Positions 24,652 to 34,592 of a DNA stretch of 64,000 nt are shown here, piece after piece (within the stretch, counting starts at the first letter, position 1; each line of letters opens with the position of its first letter). Position numbers and translations under genes: made by a program. Under the pieces are notes generated by a model. The model ran no database searches. It saw nothing but the letters and a program-made list of their open reading frames with translations, and was not told where the DNA came from. Source of the stretch: Microbotryum violaceum (Eukaryota); contig CDLV01000009.1 of assembly GCA_001244265.2 (NCBI GenBank), positions 806,001 through 870,000 of the forward strand, in the 5' to 3' direction.

Positions 24652-25989
24652 ATGCTCAACAACATGTCCTCCTCATCCTCCTCCCACAACCCCTCCAAAG
24701 TCGAACTCAAGCTCACGCTACCTTCGGCCGGCCCTGCGCACCACACCACCACCCGTTTCCTCTCGGTGCCGGCGACCCCTTGCCCGACTTGGGACGACTT
24801 CCTCGTCCTCTTGCGCGAGCGCTTCCAACTCGATGCTTCAACCCCCATCATCGGTGTCACCTACCGTGATACCGAAGGTGACGAGATCCTCCTTTCTTCC
24901 AATGCCGAACTCCAAGATTGGTGGTCGACTTTGACCGCCGGATCGACTTCGACCGACTCCTCCACCATCACCGCCACCGCCACCGCCACCGCCACCACGG
25001 CTCGGATCCTCATCGATGAACAAGCCCAATCCGCCGCGCTGGATGAGGAACAAATTCAACTGCTCGGCGAAGTCAAGTCGATGATTCAAAAAGACCATTC
25101 GTTCGCTCATCGTGTCGGCAAGACCATCGGCGAAGCATTGCACCCCCACCACCACCCCTTTGGCGGTCGCCACAGCCACAGCCACAGCCACGGCCACGGC
25201 CACGGCCCTCCTCCTCCTCCTTTGGGCGGTCCTGGTCGTCACGCTCGTCATGCTCACGGCGCCCGTCATGGTGGTCGCGGCGGTCTCTTCAGCCATAGTC
25301 CTCGTTCTTCCGGCATTTTCGGACCCTCCGGTCTCTTCGGACACTCCGGCTTGTTCGGGCCTCCGGGCCTTCCCTCTTCGTCCTCGTCCTCCAGCTCGTC
25401 CGACTCTGAAACCGACGTCGAAGATGGTCGAAAGGAGAAGCACGGCAAGAAGAAGCAGTACCATTCCGGTGGTCGAAAGCGCGGACACGGTGACCACGGC
25501 AAGCACTCTCGTCTTCGTAAGTATCCCCTATTTGAGGCTTTATTGGGTTCCCATGACTCACTTTCCCCCGCTTTGTTCGCTCGTCGATCGGCTCGTTCGA
25601 ATGTAGCCCATGATCATCATCCTCGAGGACCTCCTTCCCTTCCTCATGCTCCGCCGCACGCACCTCATGAACCCCATGGTCCTCACCCACCTCACGCTCC
25701 TCAACCTCCTTTCCCCTTCATGAATCACGGCGATCATTCTCGTTACAGTCACGGATGCGGGCATGGACATGGACACGGCCACGGCCACCTCGCAGGCTCT
25801 TCTTCGCCCCTTCCTTTCGCCGGACACGACCACAGTCAACCAATGGGCGAGTTGGTCGATCTGGAATTCGAGATGCTCGATTTGGACGAACAAGAACGTG
25901 GACCACACGGCCGAGCTCGTCCTCATCATGGTCATGGACCTCATCGCCATCGTGTCGGAGGTCAGCATGGACTGGGTGGTCCTCATTAG
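24652..25989 (+). CDS. PB1-domain protein with His/Gly/Pro-rich low-complexity C-terminus
   Basis: ORF 24520-25989. PB1 beta1 KVELKLTLP and OPCA motif YRDTEGDEILLSSNAEL. Probable in-frame 90-nt intron at 25517-25606. Confidence 0.8.
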   Translation: MLNNMSSSSSSHNPSKVELKLTLPSAGPAHHTTTRFLSVPATPCPTWDDFLVLLRERFQLDASTPIIGVTYRDTEGDEILLSSNAELQDWWSTLTAGSTSTDSSTITATATATATTARILIDEQAQSAALDEEQIQLLGEVKSMIQKDHSFAHRVGKTIGEALHPHHHPFGGRHSHSHSHGHGHGPPPPPLGGPGRHARHAHGARHGGRGGLFSHSPRSSGIFGPSGLFGHSGLFGPPGLPSSSSSSSSSDSETDVEDGRKEKHGKKKQYHSGGRKRGHGDHGKHSRLRKYPLFEALLGSHDSLSPALFARRSARSNVAHDHHPRGPPSLPHAPPHAPHEPHGPHPPHAPQPPFPFMNHGDHSRYSHGCGHGHGHGHGHLAGSSSPLPFAGHDHSQPMGELVDLEFEMLDLDEQERGPHGRARPHHGHGPHRHRVGGQHGLGGPH

Positions 25990-26439
25990 CTAGATCGCCG
26001 GGCGATTGCCGGTTCTCAATTTGCTTCGGATTTGTAAAACTTTATTATCTGTGAAAAAAAGCTTGTGTGTTTAATTCAATCTGTTTTGTATAGTACCACT
26101 CCAAGAAACCTGATGGGATGAGAGGGAGAGAGATTAGAGAGAGAGGATAAGTTGACCGAACAAGTGAGCGCTTCGCACTCAAGTCTGAACTTGCACAGGT
26201 GGAGAGCGCCGGACGCCGTTAGTCAAACATCATGATCTCACCTTCTGAATTCTGTCTTGAACGGATAGGGTGCATTCTTTCCAGCCGGGCGAAAAGAGCG
26301 CTGACAGTGAACATCATCCGAACAAGTTTGAGTAACTTCATAACGACCATGACCTTTCGTGAGAGCGGTACTGACATTGCAAAAGACGGGTTATAAATGA
26401 CTCCGGCGGAGTCGGCTGTAACGTGACACCGCAAGACCT

Positions 26440-28963
26440 TCACTGAGGGCTCTCACCGCAGCGCCTTTTCCGTCTCGAAACAGGATCGCGCAAGTATCGC
26501 GGATCAAAGTCGAGTTGGGCGCGGTTCCAATCAATAATACAAACCGAGCCATCGCCCCGTAGCAAGATATTTTGATACTCTGCGTCAACGTATTGGATCC
26601 CTTGTTCGTAAAAGACCCGGAAGGCCGCCCTGCGCCAATCGGGTGAGGGGTTGCCGAAAACCCAATAGGGAAGAGTTGCGTCTCAGGTCTTCGTTAGTGG
26701 TGGATTGGCGGTCGGAGGAAGATGACAACACCATCTACGATAGGCCAACACTCACGCCTTCTTTTCTTCAAGTTCGGCGGTCTGGTCTTCGGGCCGGACA
26801 AGACGACCGCCGTATCCCAAGACCAACATCATCGCCTTCCCGTCCGTCGAACGGAACGTGCCATAATAACGAGGGAGAAGTGCTTGAGCTTCGGGAGACA
26901 AAAGCGGGAAAACGTGATCGTAGAAGAGCGATTCGGCAATGATAGAGTCCCAATCGTTCTTGCGGAAGGCTTTGATGACGACGGGATGATCCCAGGGCAT
27001 TCGGCTCTTCCTCGTCTGTAGTCGCATCGTCGAGCTAAGTGTTTGCCCATCATCGAGTTCGACGTTGAGTTTCCGGTTCACCAATCCCCTCTTGGTTGGA
27101 TTCGGAGAGGCATCCAACCTGTGCGCAGATTGCGATCGAGCTCGCCGCGACAGTTTGCCGCCATACACCCACCCCGTCCCGCCAAGAGCAACCAATTTCA
27201 GAAAGTCGAGCACGGGCACGTTACTCGCATTCTCCACACCGAGAGGCGATAAACAAGCTGGCTGTTTGATCCGTTCATGGCGTTGAGCACTGCCACGTTC
27301 CAGATAGGCCACCAAAGATGGAGGAAGAACGCTCAGGCGACGACTCGGTCGGTGCGCACGTCTCGGCTCTTCAGTGGATGGTTTCTCAAACACCTTGAAC
27401 TTGATTGCTTCCATCACGCTTGAATAGTCACCAAGGAATGGCTCCAAACGACCTCGGGTCCTGCAAACGAAGCGTTGCTGGTAATCAGGTGCACAGGACG
27501 CGTGTCAGTCAGTGGGGAGACGAGCCCGAACTGGGGCCAAGGTCCGAGTCGACGCTCACAGGTTGCTTGTTACGGTCGAGTTTGGCCCGCACGGTGAAAT
27601 ACCGGCCATTCCATACTTCAACCGACGATGGGAGTGGCGCCCAACCCGATCCGACTCGATAGGCTCGTTTCCGATCCTGCTTCGAAACGCTCCGAGACCT
27701 CGGTTGCTGAATGTCGACTTTTGGAGCACCGAACAGCCGCGCGATTGTTTCGGGTGGTGGCACCGGTGTATGGCTGAGGTAGCCGACCAATGCCGCGAGA
27801 GCGAGATGCGTCCGGGATCGAGTTTTGAAGCGGAAAGGCATAGGAAGATGGCGTTGTTTCTGGGCTACGTTGTCCCCCGGATCGAGAAGGATCGAAGAAA
27901 ACACGTACCCGACTTCCTGAGCATTTTGCGGGTTCTCGACTTGGGGGGAGCAAGCGTATGGAAGCGAGGTTCAGGATCCTCTTAGAACATATAAATTGGC
28001 GGTGAGGAATGATGCGTCATGCAATGCTAGAGCTCACCCATTTCTGCTAGGACGCTCAGACGCGAGCTCATTATCATGCCGAACCGAGGTGCGCTCAAAA
28101 TCGTCCCTGTCACCGAGTCTCGTAGAATGGCCGATTTCATTGCCACGGCCAGCTACGGGACAAAACATGTCCCGACGCGGTCAGGTCAGTGAACAGCGCC
28201 ATTACTCGTGTTCAAATTGCGGATCCATCTCCAAGTGATTGGACACTTGAGGTCTGACCTTGTTCAACATGGCCTGCGCACCATGACTCTTGCCGTTCGG
28301 GTCGAGCGGAATAGGATCCTCTTGCTCCAGATACACTGCGCATTGGTCCTTGCTCGCGAACAGATTCGGTTGCGGCCCAAATGTCAAGAAGCTAGAGTCG
28401 TGCTCGAAGATGATTGGCAGGCATGAGAGAGCGCCTCGACCTCTCTCGCCGAGAATAAGAGTAATTCCAGCCGGCTGGGAGGCATCGCGGGGGATGAACT
28501 GCAATCTTTTGTGAGTTGGATCCACAGGCGATCCCGACGTCTTGTAGGTGTAATGACGCAGAGCGAAATTGAGAAGGGGTTCGAGCACGCGGATGCGCCA
28601 CTCGTGTATCGTTGCCTCGCACGTTGGCTTCTCGTAGCAGAAAAGGGGATGTGGGGCGTAGTCCAACAGCGCTTCGGCCTTGGCGAGCACCTTGTCCGCC
28701 AGATCGTGTTCCCCAAGAAAGGTGATGAGGGCTTGATGCACACGTTCCTCGAGCGAGATGTCTTGTAATGCCGCAATCGGACGACGTGATCCGGGTGGGA
28801 GTCGTATCCGGGGCTCCAGTTGCTCGCCAACCGCATGGTAGTCAAGGTAGGAGACCCACCTCTCGCGCCAGCCGTACCCGTGCCAAACACTCGGATGATG
28901 CGTTGACGGTAGGAGAGGCGGGTCAGACAGATCGAGTCGAGAGGTTTGAAGAGAAGGCTTCAT
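26440..28963 (-). CDS. Multi-exon protein-kinase-like protein with a putative degenerate restriction-endonuclease-like N-terminal domain
   Basis: Exons from ORFs 28202-29113, 27509-27904 and 26752-27447, plus last exon 26629-26440. Kinase motifs: LGGTGWVYGG, VVIKAF, IIAESLFY, LLPRYYGTF, catalytic-loop-like GIQYVDAEYQNILL and IIDWN. Internal exon boundaries are approximate. Confidence 0.65.
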
Positions 28964-29132
28964 GATCGAAGCGTTATGAAAGCTCCCGTTCGCCGCTCTC
29001 AGTGGACGAGGATTTGAGAGCGAGTTGATCGATTTCAGAGCAAGGATCTGGAATCGCCAACTTATCACCAGCTGGTAAATCGCAGCAGATGGCGCGCTGG
29101 TGGCCAGGGTCACGGTGGCCGCGCAACTGCAC

Positions 29133-29185
29133 AGCGGGATTTGAGTCGAGTTGCAGTATCAGGCATGAAACCCGGCATCCCGTAA
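29133..29185 (-). repeat. B2 terminal repeat (53 bp), identical to B1
   Basis: agcgggatttgagtcgagttgcagtatcaggcatgaaacccggcatcccgtaa occurs at 29133-29185 and 30161-30213. Confidence 0.95.
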
Positions 29186-29323
29186 CAAACGGAATGGGTT
29201 GAAAGAAAGTCCCCACAAGACGAGAGACCCAGAGATCAGAAGAGAGATAATAAAAAGGAAAGAAAAGATACCAGCAAGGACTTTTTTTTTTTTTTTTTTA
29301 GAAGGGTGGGCGGGAGGAGCTCA

Positions 29324-30132
29324 AAAACAGGACACTTTGCTTGGAAAGCGTGGATCCTATTAGTACTCATAAATACTGCAAAGACTGGGAGGCTTGGCAT
29401 ACCTTTGCTTGGACAGCGTGACACACTTGAAAGGAGGGAACCGACCCTGAACGCTGGCACGTTGGGTGGCAAGTGTAGTCTGTAGCGGAAGGTAGCCAAG
29501 TAAGCCAACATGCCCAACAAGGACAGTTGTGAGCAGGAGTACCAAAAGGTAGAGCCTGATGCGGGGGAGTGATGTACCTTAGCTCCGGGAGCGTGACTCG
29601 GTACTCAGGAAAATAAGGTGCGGCTACACTGGCAGGTGTAGGGCAGAAACGGCTGCATACAGGGTATGAACAGTCAGTCAACAATCCAACAAGGAAGGTT
29701 GAGAAGAAGAGGCGTACGCAGTGGGCAGCTGTCCGTCGTAGTCTGGCAGGGCAGAAGACTGGGAGGCAGTTGCGTGTTTGTATCGCTGGGGAGGTCCTGT
29801 GAGATGCTCGGAACCTGTCAGCCAGAAGGCGTGAGGGCAGGAAGAGATCTAGGACGGCAACCAACCTTGGCAGGAGGTGGCAAAGGTACGCAGCGAATAC
29901 TGGTACGGCAACAGCAGGCAGTGCGGAACTGACCCAGTGCGGCGGGAGCGTGCTTGGGGAGATTCCTGCGCGGGTGCAGCTTACGGGCCAAGGCTTATGC
30001 TCGAGGCAGGCGTGCGAGCACGGCTTACTGCGGGAGGCCTGCGTGCGGGCACGGCTTACGGCTGCGGGTGTTGAAGTCGCGCGCGCTAAAGTCCTCAGCG
30101 TCAAACTCTTGCAGCAAAAGCCGAAAAGCGAT
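29324..30132 (-). repeat. A2 direct repeat (809 bp)
   Basis: Matches 35039-35878 apart from one substitution seen (gtgcagc vs gtgcggc) and one fewer 31-bp minisatellite unit. Confidence 0.95.
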
Positions 30133-30160
30133 CAACTCTTTCGTAGAAGCGCGGCTAGGT

Positions 30161-30213
30161 AGCGGGATTTGAGTCGAGTTGCAGTATCAGGCATGAAACC
30201 CGGCATCCCGTAA
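30161..30213 (-). repeat. B1 internal repeat (53 bp)
   Basis: Identical to 29133-29185; lies between the YR stop and A2. Confidence 0.95.
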
Positions 30214-30255
30214 TGTGTATTGTTGTTGATGATCGGGAGATGGAAGATACGGGGT

Positions 30256-31293
30256 TTATGCCGAGCTCAGGAGGGCTTGCTGCAGCTGAGGGGAGACCCG
30301 AACGTAATCCTCCCAAGCAGTGGAGCGCCAGCGACCGAGACGTTTGATGACTTCTGCAGGGAGGCCTCTGAGAGCATAGTGAGTGGCGCCGCCCGAGCGC
30401 AGAGAGTGGCCGCTGTAGCTCGGTCCAAAGGCGCGACGCAGGCGGCTGACAAACCAGGTGCGGGTGGGTGGGAGCCCCGCCTTCGTCACAAACAGGAGCG
30501 GGGAAGTCGGGCACCTTTGATCCCTAGCGTAAAGGTAGCGACGCAGAATAGTGATGAAAACGGGGGCGGTGGTGTTGCAAGTGAAGTAGAGGTACGAGCC
30601 TTGCCAGCGGCGGTCCGCCTTGTGGTACAGTAAATGGACCGAGAACCCACCGTCCTTCATTTGTACGGTACTCCGACGTGGGAGCTTGGCCGGGTCGCGG
30701 AATCGGATTGTTGATGGTAACGCAAGCTCCGCGCTACGAGCGCAGGAGGCAAAGCCCAAGGCGACCATTGCCACGAACAGTAACGAGTCGTAGTCAAGAC
30801 GAGGGTTACTCACTGCCGTGCGAAGCGCGAAAGCGACTGAGCGGAAACTTAGTGGTTTGGCTTGCTTCCGAGGGCGTCGCCACAACTTGATGCCGCCGAC
30901 AATCGTGTTCGTGACTAGTTGCGAGGTGCGAACCCTTTCCCATTCCGTACCGAGCCTTGGGCGAAAGGTGAACGCCAGGCCTGAGAGTGTTTGGGAGACC
31001 GAGGATACCGTCCGATAGCGGTGGCAAATAAAGGCGGAGAGAGTATCCTCAGTGGGGTCGTAGGGTAGGTGGTGGCCCATACTACGATAGTAGGTGATGA
31101 AATCAATCCACTGCCGTAGTGCGCGAGCGTAGTCTGAACGGGTTTTAGGTTCGAGCGCATCGAGGGCGGTTTCGTCGCGCAGGCGACGAAGTTCGCCAAG
31201 TGGAAGCATGGGCTGCGCTCGACGGCCATGCTCCAGGAGAGGACGGGGCGCAAAAGCAAGAATCCGTCCGTCCTCTCGTCTGATAGCGGTCAT
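30256..31293 (-). CDS. Retroelement tyrosine recombinase, 345 aa, catalytic residues intact
   Basis: N-terminal binding domain TRSDYARALRQW. Catalytic R in CARSAEL, K in YHKADR, HxxR in SGHSLRSGGAT, W in LGRWRS and Y in WEDYVR. Confidence 0.95.
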   Translation of the reverse strand: MTAIRREDGRILAFAPRPLLEHGRRAQPMLPLGELRRLRDETALDALEPKTRSDYARALRQWIDFITYYRSMGHHLPYDPTEDTLSAFICHRYRTVSSVSQTLSGLAFTFRPRLGTEWERVRTSQLVTNTIVGGIKLWRRPRKQAKPLSFRSVAFALRTAVSNPRLDYDSLLFVAMVALGFASCARSAELALPSTIRFRDPAKLPRRSTVQMKDGGFSVHLLYHKADRRWQGSYLYFTCNTTAPVFITILRRYLYARDQRCPTSPLLFVTKAGLPPTRTWFVSRLRRAFGPSYSGHSLRSGGATHYALRGLPAEVIKRLGRWRSTAWEDYVRVSPQLQQALLSSA

Positions 31294-33368
31294 AGCAACG
31301 TCCCCTCCAGTCCTGGAATGAAGGGGTCGAATTGCTTGAGGGGATGGAAGCGTTTTAGGAGCTGGTCCTCGTGCAGCCGAGAGAGGTCATCCGCCAGAGT
31401 GTTCTCTTTCCCATGGACGTGGATGACTTTGAGATCGAATTTGCGAAGACGTGCAAGGACGTAGGCCCGAAGGGTTAGAGTGCGAAGGGGCATGAAGTCT
31501 CCATCTCTGGCTGAGCCCGAGTCGATTGCGTAGACCGCCGGCGCCGAGTCCGTTCGCACGAGCACTCGGGAAAGCGGCTTGAAAGGGCTATTGGGGTCCG
31601 TAACAATGGACAAGGCGAGCACTACCGTCAAGGTCTCGGCAAATTGTATTCGTTCGTAGGTTCGCTGCGGTCTGCAGTAGTAGTGATGTACGGTGCCCTT
31701 CCACCGAAGCCAGAAGCCCAAGCCCGCTCCCGAACCAGTATTGTTGCTGAGACATGCGTCAGTGTAGACGACGACATCGGCGTCCTTGAGACCCCACCTT
31801 GTCAGGCTAGGGGCGTCGAGGGGAAGTGAGGGTGATCCCACAAGCAGTGTAGCCATCGCTGCGAGCGCCGTTGCCACTGAGGTGTTGATGTGTACACCCG
31901 CATCCGAGCGTTTCTTGCCGGCGATCTTGTCGTAGAGCGGAGTCAAGTACGGACGGGCCTGGGGTGCGACGTTGAGCGCCCAGCTCAGCCAGCCCGTCAT
32001 TTGGCGCCATTTGCGAAGCGTCGGGTGACGGGTTGGTTCGAGGAGGAAAGCATCAATCTCCGTGATGAGGTCGGATATCGACTTTTCGGGGAGAGATACC
32101 GAGAATGAGGCCAGGTTACACCGAATGCCTGTGATGGTAATACACCTGCCGTGTGGTGCCTTCTCTTGTGAAAGTTTGAAGGGTATCTTCAAGCCGCCCC
32201 ACAGCGTTGCCATCGCTGCTTGCTGGGCCGGGATTATGTGAATCGCCCCATTGTGCGCGAAGGGGACCATTGATCCTCCCAGATCAATCCCGAACGCGTC
32301 GTCCATGTATGCGAGAGGGTGCTCGATGCCAAAGGTGTTGTTGGCCGCCCACATTAGGAGTGACATGAACCTAGTCCAGAGGAACGGCATTGCTCGGCAG
32401 CCAAAGACGCCGCACCATTCAATGTAGTACCAGGTGTGCACGCTGCCGTCGGAAAATTTTCGCTTGATCGCTATGCCTTGTCGCGCCTGCCAACGCTTGG
32501 ACATGACCAAAATTTTGAACACCGAAGAGACGTCGAGCTTCCAGAGGACTGAGCTGTCCGTAAGGAGCTTTGAGGAGAAGCGATGCCAACGAAGCAGGCG
32601 AATGAAATCGATGATAGTATTGTACACCGTCGGACAATCAGATCGTTGGATCCCATCGTTGAGGCCAGAGGAGGTGTGGTCTGCCACCACACGCATCCTA
32701 TGGTTGGCCGATTCGACTACAAAGATCGAATTGTAGGTGACTCCGGGTAGAGGGAACGCGGAGCCCGGGGAGACCCAGCGCTTTGTAACTTCTTCGTCGA
32801 TGGTTGCTTGAATGAAGTTGCGGTGGTGCTCGCTTTTTGGGAACCGTACGGTGGAGGGATCGTCGCCGCGAGCATGACTGCCATCATGCTGTGGCTCAAA
32901 TCCGTCCGTACGGAAAGCGGAGATGAAGGAGTTGACCAGGATCAAGTTGGGGTGCTCTGCCAGAAGCCGCCCCAAATATCGATCGTCAATCGTTCGAGTG
33001 AAATTGAATTGAGAGGGATAAAGTCGTTGAGTTTCCGCGATGGTTGCGAGTCGCTCGACGGTGAAGGATGCGCGAGCGAGTGGTCCTGGGAGCCTGCCCA
33101 GCGACGAAGTCGAAGAAAAGAGAGGAGTGGTTGGGTAGTCTTTCGAGGGTGTGTCGAAGTGGAATTGCCTCTGGTACCTGGGTGCCAGCCCGAGGCCCGA
33201 AAGGTGAGAGAGAGAGGGATGGCCCGGAGGTCCATTGTCGTCTGACATGACGACCGATGGCGACGACTCGTCCGGGGTTAGTGAGTCGACGCCGTCCTCA
33301 AGGTATCTACTGCCGAGAGGCAGAACCAGCCGCTGATCCGGCCGCTGCCACGACAAGACGTCCTCCAT
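31290..33368 (-). CDS. Retroelement reverse transcriptase + RNase H, 692 aa
   Basis: RT motifs MRVVADH, WKLDVSSVF, FGCRAMPFLW and YMDD. DIRS-type RNase H motifs VYTDAC, FAETL, VRTDS and VIHVHGKENTLADDLSR. Confidence 0.95.
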   Translation of the reverse strand: MEDVLSWQRPDQRLVLPLGSRYLEDGVDSLTPDESSPSVVMSDDNGPPGHPSLSHLSGLGLAPRYQRQFHFDTPSKDYPTTPLFSSTSSLGRLPGPLARASFTVERLATIAETQRLYPSQFNFTRTIDDRYLGRLLAEHPNLILVNSFISAFRTDGFEPQHDGSHARGDDPSTVRFPKSEHHRNFIQATIDEEVTKRWVSPGSAFPLPGVTYNSIFVVESANHRMRVVADHTSSGLNDGIQRSDCPTVYNTIIDFIRLLRWHRFSSKLLTDSSVLWKLDVSSVFKILVMSKRWQARQGIAIKRKFSDGSVHTWYYIEWCGVFGCRAMPFLWTRFMSLLMWAANNTFGIEHPLAYMDDAFGIDLGGSMVPFAHNGAIHIIPAQQAAMATLWGGLKIPFKLSQEKAPHGRCITITGIRCNLASFSVSLPEKSISDLITEIDAFLLEPTRHPTLRKWRQMTGWLSWALNVAPQARPYLTPLYDKIAGKKRSDAGVHINTSVATALAAMATLLVGSPSLPLDAPSLTRWGLKDADVVVYTDACLSNNTGSGAGLGFWLRWKGTVHHYYCRPQRTYERIQFAETLTVVLALSIVTDPNSPFKPLSRVLVRTDSAPAVYAIDSGSARDGDFMPLRTLTLRAYVLARLRKFDLKVIHVHGKENTLADDLSRLHEDQLLKRFHPLKQFDPFIPGLEGTLL

Positions 33369-34592
33369 GTTGGAGGTGACGGTTCAGGCAGACAGCACTA
33401 TTAGCTGCGTGCCCACCCTTGCAAGATGAGCAGATATGCCTATAAAGGCAGTCCTCCTCAATGTGGTTCTCGCCTCTGTTGAACCTTTTGCAGGCGTTGT
33501 TGCGCTTTTTCTTGGGTGGGATTGAACCCTGACGAGAGTGCGATGAGGAGCCGCGGTTCGCCGCAGGCGGGCCCTCATTGCGAAAGGGAGTCGTCTGAGC
33601 TAGCCACCTGCTGATCAGTTTCGCGTAGACACTGTCGCCTAGATGCGCGTCGAGCAGCGAGTGGACCAACTTGTCGGGTCGGCGAGCTGTTTACGGTATT
33701 CGTCGTCGTAGAGAACCATGAAGTCAAAACCCAGTTGGGAGTCCTTCGCCAGCTCGCGTAGGAAGCGCGTGTAGTGCTTCCAATCCCGGCCTTGGTGATA
33801 GTTGAAGACCACCCCTTCAAGTCGTTCGAGTTCCATTAAAGCTTCGGTGTGTCCAGCATACGAGAGCGTCTTCTTGGGAAGGGACGCTTTCGATTGGATC
33901 ATAGCTTCGATCCCGTAGAACTTGCTACCGGAGGAGTGCTGGAACATATAGAACAAATCCGAGGGTGCGGGATTGTCGGCATCAACAGCGCTCACGAATT
34001 GGCCGGTAAGGACCTTCATGATTTCGATGACGTCGAGTTTGAGACCGTGGTTCTTTTTGAGGGTAGCTGCCTGTTTGTCCAGTCGGTAGACGTGCGAGCG
34101 GTGGAAAGTCAGGGCTTCCTTGTACATGTCTTCCTTATCCCTTCGCTTGAGGACGTAGTCGGGGAGCTCGGAGTAGGCCGTTGGGGGAATCGCCAAGGTC
34201 TGTTCGTACATCCGCGCTGCCTTGTCCCGATCCTGAGTGGGTGACATGGAAGAAGGGGCGTCCTCGTCGTCTGTGTCTTCGTCCTGGCGCGAGCGAGTAC
34301 CGCGAGCGAGCGCGGAAGGGCGGTACGCGGTTGGAGCCCGACGGGTCGAAGGGACGGGTAAGCTTTTCTTCTTCTTCCTGGCCTGAGGAGCAAGTCGATT
34401 AAGTTGCGCCATTAGCTCTTCACGTTGGGCTTCCTCCGAAGTTTCGTCGGCGGATTCCTCCTCGGTGTCCCACTGGTCGTCCTCCCGAGTAGGGCGCTTC
34501 AGATGCTTCGAAGCACGAAGAGCCGCAGGAGTCGCGGCCGGTGCGGTGACGGTAACGATCCATCCTCGAGGCAGGGAGGAGTACTTGTACAT
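33307..34592 (-). pseudogene. Retroelement gag-like ORF, apparently frameshifted near 33650-33670, with C-terminal zinc fingers
   Basis: ORF 33639-34592 (...YDDEYRKQLADPTSW) continues in another frame as ORF 33307-33669, which carries CKRFNRGENHIEEDCLYRHICSSCKGGH. The latter overlaps the RT ORF start. Confidence 0.75.

Noticed and set aside
29367-30104. 245-aa and 238-aa ORFs inside the A repeats (also 35082-35798)
   Set aside because: No recognisable domain, non-ATG starts, and the frame is altered by the 31-bp unit difference; likely non-coding.
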